40,374 nucleotides of DNA, taken from positions 62,001 to 102,374 of the forward strand of contig JAXLQJ010000025.1 in NCBI GenBank assembly GCA_046331705.1, given 5' to 3'. The translations under genes were made by a program, and so were the position numbers. The notes under the pieces were generated by a model. The model did not search any database, had not been told where the DNA came from, and worked only from the letters and a program-made list of their open reading frames with translations. Source of the DNA: a bacterium. Its GTDB lineage: Bacteria > JADJOY01. This document shows, in pieces, positions 19,133 to 28,306 of this stretch. Position 1 is the stretch's first letter. Each line of letters starts with the position of its first letter.

Positions 19133-19165
19133 CACGATGTGATACTTCGTGATACATCGTGATTG
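19133..19165. promoter_or_regulatory. Composite operator candidate upstream of the alpha/beta hydrolase
   Basis: Inverted repeat CACGATGT...ACATCGTG overlapping GTGATAC / GTGATAC / GTGATTG direct repeats at a 10-bp period. Confidence 0.55.
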
Positions 19166-19195
19166 CCGCCCCCGAGGGGCGCTGCGGAGGATTCG

Positions 19196-20293
19196 ATGGC
19201 AGGTTGGTTCGCGCGAGCGGTGGACGGTGTCGCGGCATTCTTCGGTCGGCTGGTGCTTCGGCGCAGCCCGCCGAGCCCGAACACCTTGATGCATCTGGGC
19301 GGCTATCGGGGCCGGACACCGGACGAGCTCTTCGCGGCGCCACACGCGTTGCCGCACGTGACGGTCACGCCGCGCTGGAGGCTCGCGGGCCTCGAGTGCC
19401 GGCACCTCTCGTTCCCGTCCGTCCACGATCCGCTCGCCGCCGAGTTCCGTCACCGCCACGCCACCGACTACCAGCTCAACAACCGCGTCCACGTGCGCTG
19501 GCTCAAGCACCGCGACGCCGAGCGCCGCCCGACCATGGTGCTGCTCCACAGCTGGATGCAGCCGGACACGATCCTGGAGGAGCTGACGCTGTTGCCGTGG
19601 TTGGCGCGGCGGCTCGGCGTGAACGTGGCGCGGATGCAGCTGCCCTATCACGGCCGCCGCCGCCCCGAATGCTCGCGCTTCGACGGCGAGCTCTTCTGGA
19701 CCGCCGATCTGGTGCGCACCTTCGAAGCGATCCGCCAGAGCGTGATCGATGCGCGCTCGCTCACTTCCTGGCTCCTCGCCAACGAGGCGGAGTCGGTCGG
19801 CGCGGCCGGGTTGAGCCTGGGCGGCATGATGACGTTGGCGCTCACGGCCCTCGACGACCGCCTCGCGTTCTCGATCCCGGTGGCCGCTCACCTGGACCTG
19901 GCCGGCGTCCTGGCCGACGCCTCGCTGCTCCGGCCCATGCGCGAGGAACTGGCGCGCCACGGCTGGGGCCCCGCGGAGGTCGATGCCTACATCGCCAGTG
20001 TCGGCATGAAGGACCTGCAGCCGCGCATCCCGCGCGAGCGAATCCTGTTCGTGGCGGGGGTTCACGATCGGTTGCTCGCCGCCCACCGAACCGAGGCCCT
20101 CTGGAGGCAATGGGGCGAGCCCGCCATCCACTGGTACGACGCGGGGCACCTTGGCATCTTCACCCAGCTCGGCAGCACCACCCGCGTGATGCGCGATTTC
20201 CTGGAAAGGCTCGGGCAGGTGCCGCGGCGAGCGGCCGTCGAGCCGCGCGCGACGGAGCTCGAGCCGGCGGGGCTGCTCGCCGTGCCCGCCTGA
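19196..20293 (+). CDS. Alpha/beta hydrolase (ABHD18/DUF2048, Rv2627c-like)
   Basis: LPYHGRRRP, GLSLGG nucleophile elbow, HDR acid and AGH histidine. GGAGG RBS. Confidence 0.85.
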   Translation: MAGWFARAVDGVAAFFGRLVLRRSPPSPNTLMHLGGYRGRTPDELFAAPHALPHVTVTPRWRLAGLECRHLSFPSVHDPLAAEFRHRHATDYQLNNRVHVRWLKHRDAERRPTMVLLHSWMQPDTILEELTLLPWLARRLGVNVARMQLPYHGRRRPECSRFDGELFWTADLVRTFEAIRQSVIDARSLTSWLLANEAESVGAAGLSLGGMMTLALTALDDRLAFSIPVAAHLDLAGVLADASLLRPMREELARHGWGPAEVDAYIASVGMKDLQPRIPRERILFVAGVHDRLLAAHRTEALWRQWGEPAIHWYDAGHLGIFTQLGSTTRVMRDFLERLGQVPRRAAVEPRATELEPAGLLAVPA

Positions 20294-20435
20294 CCACGGG
20301 CACCTGCCGGGCGGGCGCGCGCCCTTCGCGACGCGGGATCGGCGCTCCGTCGCCCGGGCTCAAGTCGCGTCGCGGATCCGCCGATCATCCGTCTCGTATG
20401 GCCCAGACGTGGGCCGCGGGGCGAGGATCGCCGAC

Positions 20436-20993
20436 ATGCGCCAGAACGGGATTGTCCCCACGGGACGAGAAGTCACCTTTCGGGACGACGAGATCATCGT
20501 CAGCAAGACGGACCTGAAGGGTACGATCACCTATGCCAACGACGTGTTCGTACGGGTCTCCGGCTACGACGAGCGCGAGCTGCTGGGATCGCCGCACAGC
20601 TTGATCCGTCACCCCGACATGCCGCGCTGCGTGTTCAAGCTCTTGTGGGACACGATCCAGCGCGGCGAGGAGATCTTCGCGTACGTGAACAACCTGGCGA
20701 AGACCGGTGACCACTACTGGGTCTTCGCGCACGTCACGCCGAGCCACGACGGCCACGGCCGGGTCGTGGGCTATCACTCGAACCGCCGCGTCCCGTACCC
20801 CGACGCGCTTTCCAAGGTGAAGACGCTCTACGCCCGGCTGCGCGACGAAGAGCGCAAGCACGGCGACTCGATGGCGGGGATGAACGCCGCCGGGGCCGTG
20901 CTGGCCGAGACGCTCGCGCAGCAAGGGCAGGACTACGCCGAGTTCGTCTTCCAGCTCTCGGCGCACACTCGGTTGGCCGCGTCGGCGAGGTGA
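20436..20993 (+). CDS. Stand-alone Aer-type (FAD-binding) PAS protein, CetB-like
   Basis: IVSKTDLKGTITYANDVF..SGY..ELLGSPHSLIRHPDMP...LWDTI...N.AKTGDHYWV.AHVTP matches the Aer PAS signature. Confidence 0.88.
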   Translation: MRQNGIVPTGREVTFRDDEIIVSKTDLKGTITYANDVFVRVSGYDERELLGSPHSLIRHPDMPRCVFKLLWDTIQRGEEIFAYVNNLAKTGDHYWVFAHVTPSHDGHGRVVGYHSNRRVPYPDALSKVKTLYARLRDEERKHGDSMAGMNAAGAVLAETLAQQGQDYAEFVFQLSAHTRLAASAR

Positions 20994-20996
20994 TCC

Positions 20997-22127
20997 ATGG
21001 GTGCTTGGTGGCAGCGTAAACGCGGCGCAGCGAACGAGGGCGCGCGCGGGGGGGACGAAGCAGGCGCCGTCGATGGTCTGGCGGAGGTGCGCCGTCTCAC
21101 CGAGATCTGCGTGCGTGCCGGAACCGGCGATCTGGAAGCGCGCGTGGTCGGGCTCTCGTCACAACCCGAGCTGGCGGCGCTCGGCCGCGCCATCAACCAG
21201 GTCCTCGACATCGCCGACTCGTACGTGCGCGAGGCGTCGGCGGCGATGAGCGAGGCGAGCCGCGATCGTTTTCATCGACCGATCCTGCTGCGTGGGCTGC
21301 ACGGCGCCTATCGTCACAGCGCGGCGGTCATCAATCAGGCGGCGCTCAAGATGCAAGCCAGCAGCGAGCAGCTCGGGTTGGTGGCCAACCTCGCCGCGGA
21401 GACCGCGAGCAACGTGGTGACGGTGGCCGCGGCCTGTGAGGAGCTCAACGTCACCACCAGCGAGATCGCGCGGCGCAGCTCGGAGTCGGTGGCGCTCACC
21501 GAGGTCGCCGTGCGCGAGGCCGAGCAGGCCGCCAGCGCGGTTCACGGCTTCAGCGCCGTGGCCCGCGAGATCGGCGAGGTCGTCGCGTTCATCGGCAAGG
21601 TGGCGGCGCAGACCAATCTGCTCGCGCTGAACGCCAGCATCGAGGCCTCGCGCGCCGGCAAAGGCGGGCAAGGCTTCGCGGTGGTGGCGCACGAGGTGAA
21701 GGAGCTCGCGCACCGCACCGCCCAGGCGACCGAGGAGATTCGCGCGAAGGTGGTGGGCATGGAGCGATCGGTCGACGCGGCGGTTCGGCACATGCAAGGG
21801 ATCAGCGGTTCGATCCACCGGATCGACGAGACCACCGCGGAGATCGCGCATTCCGTCGAGGAGCAGGTGAAAGCGACCAGCGACATCGGCTCGGCGATCT
21901 CGGTGGTCTCGGACAGCACGCGCCAGGTCTCGGACCGGATCCGCGAATCCACGGCGACGCACGCCGCGAGCGCGCGCCCGGGGGGCACCGAGGCCGCGAC
22001 GCACTCGGGCGAGGTCGGCTCCCGCGGCGCCACTGCCGTCTCGCCGCTGACTCGCGCACGGCCCGCCCCCGGGCACTCGAACGGCGCTCAGCCTCGAGCG
22101 TCGTCGACGCCTGGCGCGGCGCACTGA
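20997..22127 (+). CDS. Methyl-accepting chemotaxis protein without a TM or sensor domain (HAMP + signalling domain)
   Basis: GDLEARV HAMP-like segment and the hairpin tip [35 protein letters not shown]. Confidence 0.9.
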   Translation: MGAWWQRKRGAANEGARGGDEAGAVDGLAEVRRLTEICVRAGTGDLEARVVGLSSQPELAALGRAINQVLDIADSYVREASAAMSEASRDRFHRPILLRGLHGAYRHSAAVINQAALKMQASSEQLGLVANLAAETASNVVTVAAACEELNVTTSEIARRSSESVALTEVAVREAEQAASAVHGFSAVAREIGEVVAFIGKVAAQTNLLALNASIEASRAGKGGQGFAVVAHEVKELAHRTAQATEEIRAKVVGMERSVDAAVRHMQGISGSIHRIDETTAEIAHSVEEQVKATSDIGSAISVVSDSTRQVSDRIRESTATHAASARPGGTEAATHSGEVGSRGATAVSPLTRARPAPGHSNGAQPRASSTPGAAH

Positions 22128-22255
22128 CCCACGCGCGCCACGCGCCGCATCGAGCCCGCGCGCAGGCGCTGCGCCGAGCGGCCAAGAGCGTCTCGCCCGC
22201 GGTGCACCGCCGCGACGCACCGATGCTTTCCTGTGGCGCGTCGCCGCTTCTTGCC

Positions 22256-22271
22256 TGTGACGTAGATCATG
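22256..22271. promoter_or_regulatory. CRP/FNR-family binding site candidate
   Basis: TGTGA-CGTAGA-TCATG (TGTGA-N6-TCACA-like), centred about 55 bp upstream of ATG 22319. Confidence 0.5.
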
Positions 22272-22318
22272 GATCTCGGTCTCCGCGACCTCGGATCATG
22301 AGGCCGAGGAGAACCGAC

Positions 22319-23461
22319 ATGCGAATCGAGAAGATCGAGGTCGGCCGTCGCGCCGCCCAAGTCAACCGCGCCGTCGAAGCCGTCGCGAACCAGGGGCTGC
22401 GCAGCTTGGATCGCGCCCGCGAAGCGGTGGGGCTCGAGGGCCGCAAGGCGCGCTACGACGACTCCCGCTACGAGTTCATCGGCGGCGACCGGGACGTGCT
22501 GCGCCGCAAGCACTACGACAAGAGCCTCAAGCTCCTGTGGAAGGCGGAGCGCCACGCCGCGTGGTCGACGTTCCACGACGGCGCCGACGATCTGCCGCTC
22601 GAGCGCATGGCGCGCGAGTCGATGACCAAGGCCGAGCGCGCCGCGGGCAAGCGCCTCGCGAGCGCGGAGTTCCGAGCGAAGCTGGCCCGCGAGTACACCC
22701 TCGCCGAGCGCCAGGCCCTGGTCCGCGTGCTCACGGCCATCGGTCACGGCGAGGCCTACGCCTGGCTGGTCTCCGCCGAGGTGCTGGCCGAGGTGAAGAG
22801 CACCGGTGCCCGCGCCGCGCTCACCATGCAGGTGATGGAGGAGGCCAAGCACTTCGTGGTGCTGCGCGAGCTGATCCACGCGTTCGGCGTCGAGGTGCCG
22901 CGCCAGTCGGCGTGGGAGTACCTGTTGCTCGAACAGGTGCTCAAGGCCGATGGTCTCGACAAGCTCTTCGGTATGAACGTGCTGGTGGAGGGGATCGCGC
23001 TCTCGATCTTCGGCATGCTCGCGCACCTGCCGGGCCTCGAGATCCTGCGGCTCTTCCACCTCGACGAGTCGCGGCACACGGCGCTGCCGGTCAACTACTT
23101 CAATGAGTTCCCGCTGAGCCGCTGGCAGCGGCTCAGCCCGCTGGCGCGCGCGCGTCGCTTGAATCTGGTGTTGCCCGCGATCCCGCTGGTCTTCTACCTG
23201 GAGGAATCGCTCGCCGAGCTGGGCATCGACGCGCTCGAGCTAGGCGGCTCGGTGATCCGCAAGGTGAGCATGCTCGCCGAGCGCGCGGGCTTCGAGCCGC
23301 CCGGCGCGGGCGAGGCCCTGGGAGAGCGGCTCAACGCGCTCTTCAACGCGTATGCGCGTCTGACGCGGCCGCACTACGTGCCGCGCGACTATCATCGCGG
23401 GGAGACCACCCGCGATGCCGCGGCGCGCGCCGTCGAGGACGAGGTCTTCGCGGCCGCCTGA
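22319..23461 (+). CDS. Ferritin-like diiron protein
   Basis: Ligand pattern E(GEAY)...EEAKH...E(VEG)...DESRH. GAGGAG RBS. Confidence 0.78.
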   Translation: MRIEKIEVGRRAAQVNRAVEAVANQGLRSLDRAREAVGLEGRKARYDDSRYEFIGGDRDVLRRKHYDKSLKLLWKAERHAAWSTFHDGADDLPLERMARESMTKAERAAGKRLASAEFRAKLAREYTLAERQALVRVLTAIGHGEAYAWLVSAEVLAEVKSTGARAALTMQVMEEAKHFVVLRELIHAFGVEVPRQSAWEYLLLEQVLKADGLDKLFGMNVLVEGIALSIFGMLAHLPGLEILRLFHLDESRHTALPVNYFNEFPLSRWQRLSPLARARRLNLVLPAIPLVFYLEESLAELGIDALELGGSVIRKVSMLAERAGFEPPGAGEALGERLNALFNAYARLTRPHYVPRDYHRGETTRDAAARAVEDEVFAAA

Positions 23462-23608
23462 GCGAGCGCGTCCTCCGCGTTCCGCGATCGCTGCCCCGAG
23501 CGCGCTCGGGGTCCGGCCGCATGGCGGCGGGAGTCGCCGTCGAGAGCATTCGCGCCCTCGCCGTTCGTGGTGCGGGCGAGCCGCGCCCCGGCGCCGATGG
23601 AGCGCGCC

Positions 23609-23785
23609 ATGAACGATCTGGGCCGCCAGGCGGTGCTGCGGCACGAGCTGGGCGGCCCCGGCGTGCACACGTTCGAGCCCGTGTTCGCGCCGCTCGACAG
23701 CGGGGTACCGGATCGCCGAGCGCGCCGCCGCTGGCGCGCGACGCGGTCCCTGGCGGTGCGCGACGAATCGCGCCAGGTCATTTAG
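23609..23785 (+). CDS. Small hypothetical protein or gene remnant (58 aa)
   Basis: GGAG 7 nt before the ATG and high GC3 in the first half; no recognisable motif. Confidence 0.3.
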   Translation: MNDLGRQAVLRHELGGPGVHTFEPVFAPLDSGVPDRRARRRWRATRSLAVRDESRQVI

Positions 23786-23844
23786 GCTCTGCCGCGCCGC
23801 CGAGTGGACGAGCGAGGCGGCGTTCACGAGCGAGGGCGAGGTCG

Positions 23845-24546
23845 ATGATGCGCGCGCGGTCGGTCGCAAGAGTGCTGGCGAGTGCCTTGGGTTTGGCGCT
23901 CGTGCTCGGGTGTGGAGCCGGGACTCCTCCGCCGGCACCGCCGCCGCCACCTCCGCCGCCGCGCGTGGAGCCGCTCAAGATCGAGGGCACCGTCACCCAT
24001 CTGCAGCGCATCGCGCTGCCGCCGACCACCGAGGCGCGGGTGGCGCTGGTGGACGTCACGGGCGGCGAGTCGGCGGCGATGACGATGGTGGAGCGCGTGT
24101 TCGCGGTGGGACGGCAGGTGCCCGTGCCGTTCGCGCTGGCGATCGACCCGAAGCGCGTGAGCGCCCAAGCTCGCTACGAGCTGCGCGCGGCGCTCGTCGA
24201 TCCGCGGGGATCGCTCCATTGGGGGATCACCAACCCCATCGAATGGAAGCCCGCGCCCCTCACGTCGGGCGTGGTGCTGGTGGTGGGCCCGTCGCGCCCG
24301 CCCGATCCGATCGAGGCGAGCCCGTTCCGCTACCGCTGCGACGCCACCTTCAGCTTCGGGCTTCAGGAGCTGGGCGAGGACGTCGTCGAGGTGCGGCTCG
24401 CCGATCGGACCTTGCGCCTCAGCCGGGTGCCCTCCGCGCTGGGAGTCACGTTCACCGACGGCGTCAACACCTTCTGGCGGAAGGAGACGATCGCCAACCT
24501 GATCCTCGCCGGGCACGTCCACAACTGCTACCAGCGCTATCCATGA
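23845..24546 (+). CDS. YbaY-family lipoprotein fused to a MliC/PliC-like domain
   Basis: LVLG-C lipobox and Pro linker. GTVTHLQRIALPP..VALVDV...QVPVPFAL (YbaY), then YRC...LSRVPSALG..FTDG..FWRK....C (MliC-like). Confidence 0.82.
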   Translation: MMRARSVARVLASALGLALVLGCGAGTPPPAPPPPPPPPRVEPLKIEGTVTHLQRIALPPTTEARVALVDVTGGESAAMTMVERVFAVGRQVPVPFALAIDPKRVSAQARYELRAALVDPRGSLHWGITNPIEWKPAPLTSGVVLVVGPSRPPDPIEASPFRYRCDATFSFGLQELGEDVVEVRLADRTLRLSRVPSALGVTFTDGVNTFWRKETIANLILAGHVHNCYQRYP

Positions 24547-24553
24547 CGGCGCG

Positions 24554-25438
24554 TCAGTGGGCGGTGCGGGTCGGCCGGGCGATCACCTCGATGGACGGGC
24601 CGCGCTCGAAGCGACCGCCGAGGCGGTAGATCGCGTCCTGGAGCCAGCGACCGCGGGGGTTCGCGAGATAGACCGGATGGCGCGGCAGGTAGGTGCGTAG
24701 CTCCAGCACCTCGAAGCCTTCCTCGGCGAGCGTGCGCCGGATGGTGCGCGGGTCGAAGAACGTCATGTGGAACTCGGACGCGACCTCGCTGAAGAAATGC
24801 CGATCGAAGGACGGGCCGAGCACGGCGCGGCTCGCCGCCTTGATCTTGTCCTTGAGCGAATGGAGCTGGTTGGGCACGTCGATCAAGAGCACGCCGTCCT
24901 CGACGAGCAGCCCTCGGCATTGGCGCAGCGTCTTGCGCGGGTCGGGAACGTGCTCGAGCGAGAGGCTCAGCACCGCGTCGAAGCGCTTGCCCTGGAAGCT
25001 CGCGAGGTCCCAACCCTCGGCGACCTGCACGTTCACGCCGAGCTGGCGGGCGTGGTCGGCCAGGATCGGCGCGAACTCGACGGCCTCGACGCTCCAGCCG
25101 CCCTGCTCGGCGACCTCGAACATGTAGCCGCCCTCGAGGCATGCGATGCCGAGCAGGCGGCCGCGGTTCGGTCGCCAGCGCTCCAGCCGCGCGAGCCGCC
25201 CTCGGTAGAAGTCGCGTCGCGCGGCGCCGCGGTGGGCGTTGCTGGCCTGATAGTACGGATGACGCGCGTAGAGCGCGCCCAGCTCGACGAGATCGAGCCG
25301 CGGGCTCTGGAAGCGCAGGCCGCAGTCGGGGCAGCGGGCGATGCCGAGACCCGCGGGAAACCGCAGGAAGCGCGCGTGACGCGGCTCGGACTCGGCGCGA
25401 GAGCTTCCGCACAGCAGGCACGCGACGGTTTCAGGCAT
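24554..25438 (-). CDS. Class I SAM methyltransferase with N-terminal Zn-ribbon
   Basis: CLLC...CPDCGL.FQSPR, FDAV..SLEHVPDP, GVLLIDVPN and HMTFF motifs. Motif I is atypical (GIACLEGG). Confidence 0.82.
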   Translation of the reverse strand: MPETVACLLCGSSRAESEPRHARFLRFPAGLGIARCPDCGLRFQSPRLDLVELGALYARHPYYQASNAHRGAARRDFYRGRLARLERWRPNRGRLLGIACLEGGYMFEVAEQGGWSVEAVEFAPILADHARQLGVNVQVAEGWDLASFQGKRFDAVLSLSLEHVPDPRKTLRQCRGLLVEDGVLLIDVPNQLHSLKDKIKAASRAVLGPSFDRHFFSEVASEFHMTFFDPRTIRRTLAEEGFEVLELRTYLPRHPVYLANPRGRWLQDAIYRLGGRFERGPSIEVIARPTRTAH

Positions 25439-25447
25439 GGACGAACC

Positions 25448-26656
25448 TCATGGCGACGGGGACGGCAGCGGTTGCGGGGTGTCGGAGGGCGCGCCGCCGG
25501 CGAGAAGACGGCGGTAGAGCGAGGTGTAGACATCCAGCACGGCGTCGCTTCCGAAGCGGGTGCGCGCCGTGGCGCGCGCTTGCTCGCCGATGCGGCGGCG
25601 GAGCGGCTCGTCCGCGAGCAGCCCGAGTGTGGCATGCGCGAGCTCGGGGGCGAGTGCCTCGGGCTGGCGCGCGTGAAGCAGCACGCCGTTCTCGCCGTCG
25701 CGCACGTGGGCCGCTGCCAGACCGACGGGAGTGGTGATCGCGGCGAGGCCGTGGGCCATCGCCTCGGCGAGCACGTTGCCGAAGGCCTCGCTGGCGGAGG
25801 GCGCGAGGAGCACGTCCGCCGCCCGGTAGTAGGGCGACGGGTCCGATTGCCAGCCGATCAGGCGGACCGAGCCCGCGACGGAAGGGGAGCGCGCCCATTC
25901 CTCGAGCGTGTCGCGCAGCGGGCCGTCGCCCACGATCACCAGCGTCGCGTTCGCGGCCGCGCGAATCGCCGGCCAGGCGCTCATGATCGCGTCGAGGCCC
26001 TTGCCTCGCACCCAGCGGCCCACGAACAGGCAGATACCGCCGCCGGGCAGGCCGAGGGCGGCGCGCCGCTCCGCCGGCGGCGCATCGTCGGCCGTGCCGT
26101 CCGCGCGCGGCGGACGGGGAAGGTCGATGGCATTCGGCACCAGCACCACCCGCGTGTGTGCCGCCCCAGCCTGAAGGGCTTCGTTCCGGACCTCGGCGCT
26201 GGTGGCGATCAACGCGTCCGCGGTGCGAAACGCCCGCCACAGCCACGGACCGAGCGGGCTCGCGCGAACCTTCGCGATGTCGCCGCCGCAGCCGACGGTG
26301 CAGATCTTCACGAGCGTGCGGCAACCGCGCAGTCGCGCGCCCAGCACGGCGCCGAGCACGAACGGCGAGAGGCAATGGGCGTGCACGATGTCGTAGCGGC
26401 CGCCGTGCAGCGCGAAATGGAGGCAGGCCATCGCGGCGTTCGTCACCAACCGCGCACGTCCGGGGCGAAGCGTCGGCAAGCGCACGACGCGGACGCCGCC
26501 GTCCCGCGACTCGCGCGGAAGCCCGGGGGCATGGCGCGAGGTGACCACGTCGCACTGGCCGAGCCGCGCCGCGAGGTGGGCGGCGAGGACCCGCGCCTGC
26601 TGTTCGGCACCGCCGGGATGCGGGGGGAAATGCTGGATCGCGAGAGCGACTCTCAT
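25448..26656 (-). CDS. Glycosyltransferase family 4 (GT-B)
   Basis: FPPHPGGAE, VPNAID, FVGRW..GKG, VGDGP and EAFGNVLAEAMAHG motifs. Confidence 0.92.
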   Translation of the reverse strand: MRVALAIQHFPPHPGGAEQQARVLAAHLAARLGQCDVVTSRHAPGLPRESRDGGVRVVRLPTLRPGRARLVTNAAMACLHFALHGGRYDIVHAHCLSPFVLGAVLGARLRGCRTLVKICTVGCGGDIAKVRASPLGPWLWRAFRTADALIATSAEVRNEALQAGAAHTRVVLVPNAIDLPRPPRADGTADDAPPAERRAALGLPGGGICLFVGRWVRGKGLDAIMSAWPAIRAAANATLVIVGDGPLRDTLEEWARSPSVAGSVRLIGWQSDPSPYYRAADVLLAPSASEAFGNVLAEAMAHGLAAITTPVGLAAAHVRDGENGVLLHARQPEALAPELAHATLGLLADEPLRRRIGEQARATARTRFGSDAVLDVYTSLYRRLLAGGAPSDTPQPLPSPSP

Positions 26657-26840
26657 GGGCGCGCCGGCCTGGCACGGGTGGGCGTAAGCGTTGGCGTCGG
26701 TGCCGGCCGACTTTCGCGCATCGGTGGTCGGGATGCGAGGGGGGCCGCTCGGCGCACGCGCCCCGCGCGCGGGGCCGCCGTCCGCACGTCTGTGCGATAA
26801 CGCTCGCGACCGCGGCGCAGCGACGACCGGGAGGGGATCG

Positions 26841-27617
26841 ATGGGATTCGTCACACGGACGGGGCTGATGTCGGTGGCGCTCTTGGCGGCGATGCTCGTA
26901 GCGCTGGAACTCGGCCGGCGCTACGGCCGCCGCTGGCGCGCCACGCGCGGCGGCCGGGAGCCGGCCGCGTTCAGCACGGTTCAGGGCGCGATCCTCGGTC
27001 TGCTCGGTCTCTTGGTGGCGTTCTCGTTCTCCGGCGCGGCGCAGCGCTTCGACGCACGGCGCGAGCTGGTGACCGAGGAGGCGAACGCGATCGGCACCGC
27101 GTACCTGCGCATCGATCTGCTGCCACCCGCCGCCCAGCCCGCGCTACGCGATGCGTTCCGAGGCTACGTGGATGCACGCTTGGAGATCTACCGTCACATC
27201 GCCACCCCCACGGTCGCTCGCGAGGCACGACGTCGGGCCGAAGGGCTGCAAGGGGTGATCTGGCAGCAAGCGCTCGCTGCGCTTCACGACGCGCAGTCGC
27301 CGGCGGTCTGGACGCTGGTCGTGCCGGCGCTCAACGAGATGTTCGACATCGCGACCACCCGGATGCGAGCGATGGTGCTTCACCCGCCGAGGATCGTGTT
27401 CGGGTTGCTCGCCGGCCTGTCGCTCTTGGGCGCGGCGCTCGCCGGTTTCGAGCTGGCGGCGCGCGACGAGGCGCCGCATCTGGTCCTCTTCGCGTTCGCG
27501 TTCACCCTCGCGGTCACGTTCTACGTGATCGTGGATCTCGAGTACCCGCGGCTCGGGCTGATCCGCGCCGACGGCGCCGACCAGGTGCTGCTCGACCTTC
27601 GCGCCAGCATGGGCTGA
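26841..27617 (+). CDS. DUF4239-type membrane protein
   Basis: GLLGLLVAFSFS.A.QRFDARR..V.EEANAIGTAYLR and IVDLEYPRLGLIR motifs; four TM segments. Confidence 0.8.
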   Translation: MGFVTRTGLMSVALLAAMLVALELGRRYGRRWRATRGGREPAAFSTVQGAILGLLGLLVAFSFSGAAQRFDARRELVTEEANAIGTAYLRIDLLPPAAQPALRDAFRGYVDARLEIYRHIATPTVAREARRRAEGLQGVIWQQALAALHDAQSPAVWTLVVPALNEMFDIATTRMRAMVLHPPRIVFGLLAGLSLLGAALAGFELAARDEAPHLVLFAFAFTLAVTFYVIVDLEYPRLGLIRADGADQVLLDLRASMG

Positions 27618-27788
27618 GGGGCTGGGCTCGAGTCGCGGCCGGTCTCCGCCCCAGGACCGCGCAGGCCGCGTCCGCTCACCGTCGCCGCTGCCGCCACTCT
27701 CGAACGCGCAACGGGCACCGCGAGAGCACGGTGCCCGTTGCACGCTGCGAACCCGTCCGCGTCGCGCGGGCGGGTTCTCGCACGTCGC

Positions 27789-28016
27789 TCACTTCGGCTG
27801 CGACCGGGGGCAGCTCCCGTCGGTGATCGTGGTCTCGCCGGCGCACTTCGCGGTGCATTCGTTGGCGTACTCCTTGCCGCTTCCGCCGCACACGGTCTCG
27901 ACCGCGATCGGGCAGCCCGCCTTGCACGCTTTCATCTCCTTCGAATCCTTGCTGCAGCCAGCCGCGCCGAGCGCGGCCACGAGCGCAAACGCACCGATCG
28001 CAACACTCGTCCGCAT
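27789..28016 (-). CDS. Small lipoprotein with a Kazal-type serine protease inhibitor domain
   Basis: AAG-C lipobox, then CKAGCPIAVETVCGGSGKEYANECTAKCAGETTITDGSC, matching the Kazal C..CP....VCG..G..Y.N.C...C......G.C pattern. Confidence 0.85.
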   Translation of the reverse strand: MRTSVAIGAFALVAALGAAGCSKDSKEMKACKAGCPIAVETVCGGSGKEYANECTAKCAGETTITDGSCPRSQPK

Positions 28017-28306
28017 GAGCTTTCCTGCCGATCGCTGGATCATCGTGGGCTCTGCCCCTCGGAGTGTCGAGAGACGCGAGAGGCGCCTCGGCTCCGATTC
28101 CGCGACATCGTCGCCGTGCGGTCGTACGGGGTTCGGGAGGGTGTGTCAAGCAGCATCGCTGCTCGGATCGCGCCCGCGGTCGGGCGTCGCGGTGCGTGCT
28201 CGCTCCGATCGCGATCGGCGGCCGTTCGCGCGGACTGCTAGATTCGCTCCCGCGCGGCGCTGCTCGGCCGGCCGATGGCGTCCGCACCCGAGCGAGGATC
28301 GTCGAC

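Noticed and set aside
26670..26686. Sigma54 motif TGGCACG-GGTG-GGCG (and a similar one near 19065)
   Set aside because: The -12 GC is misplaced by one base and there is no TTGC.
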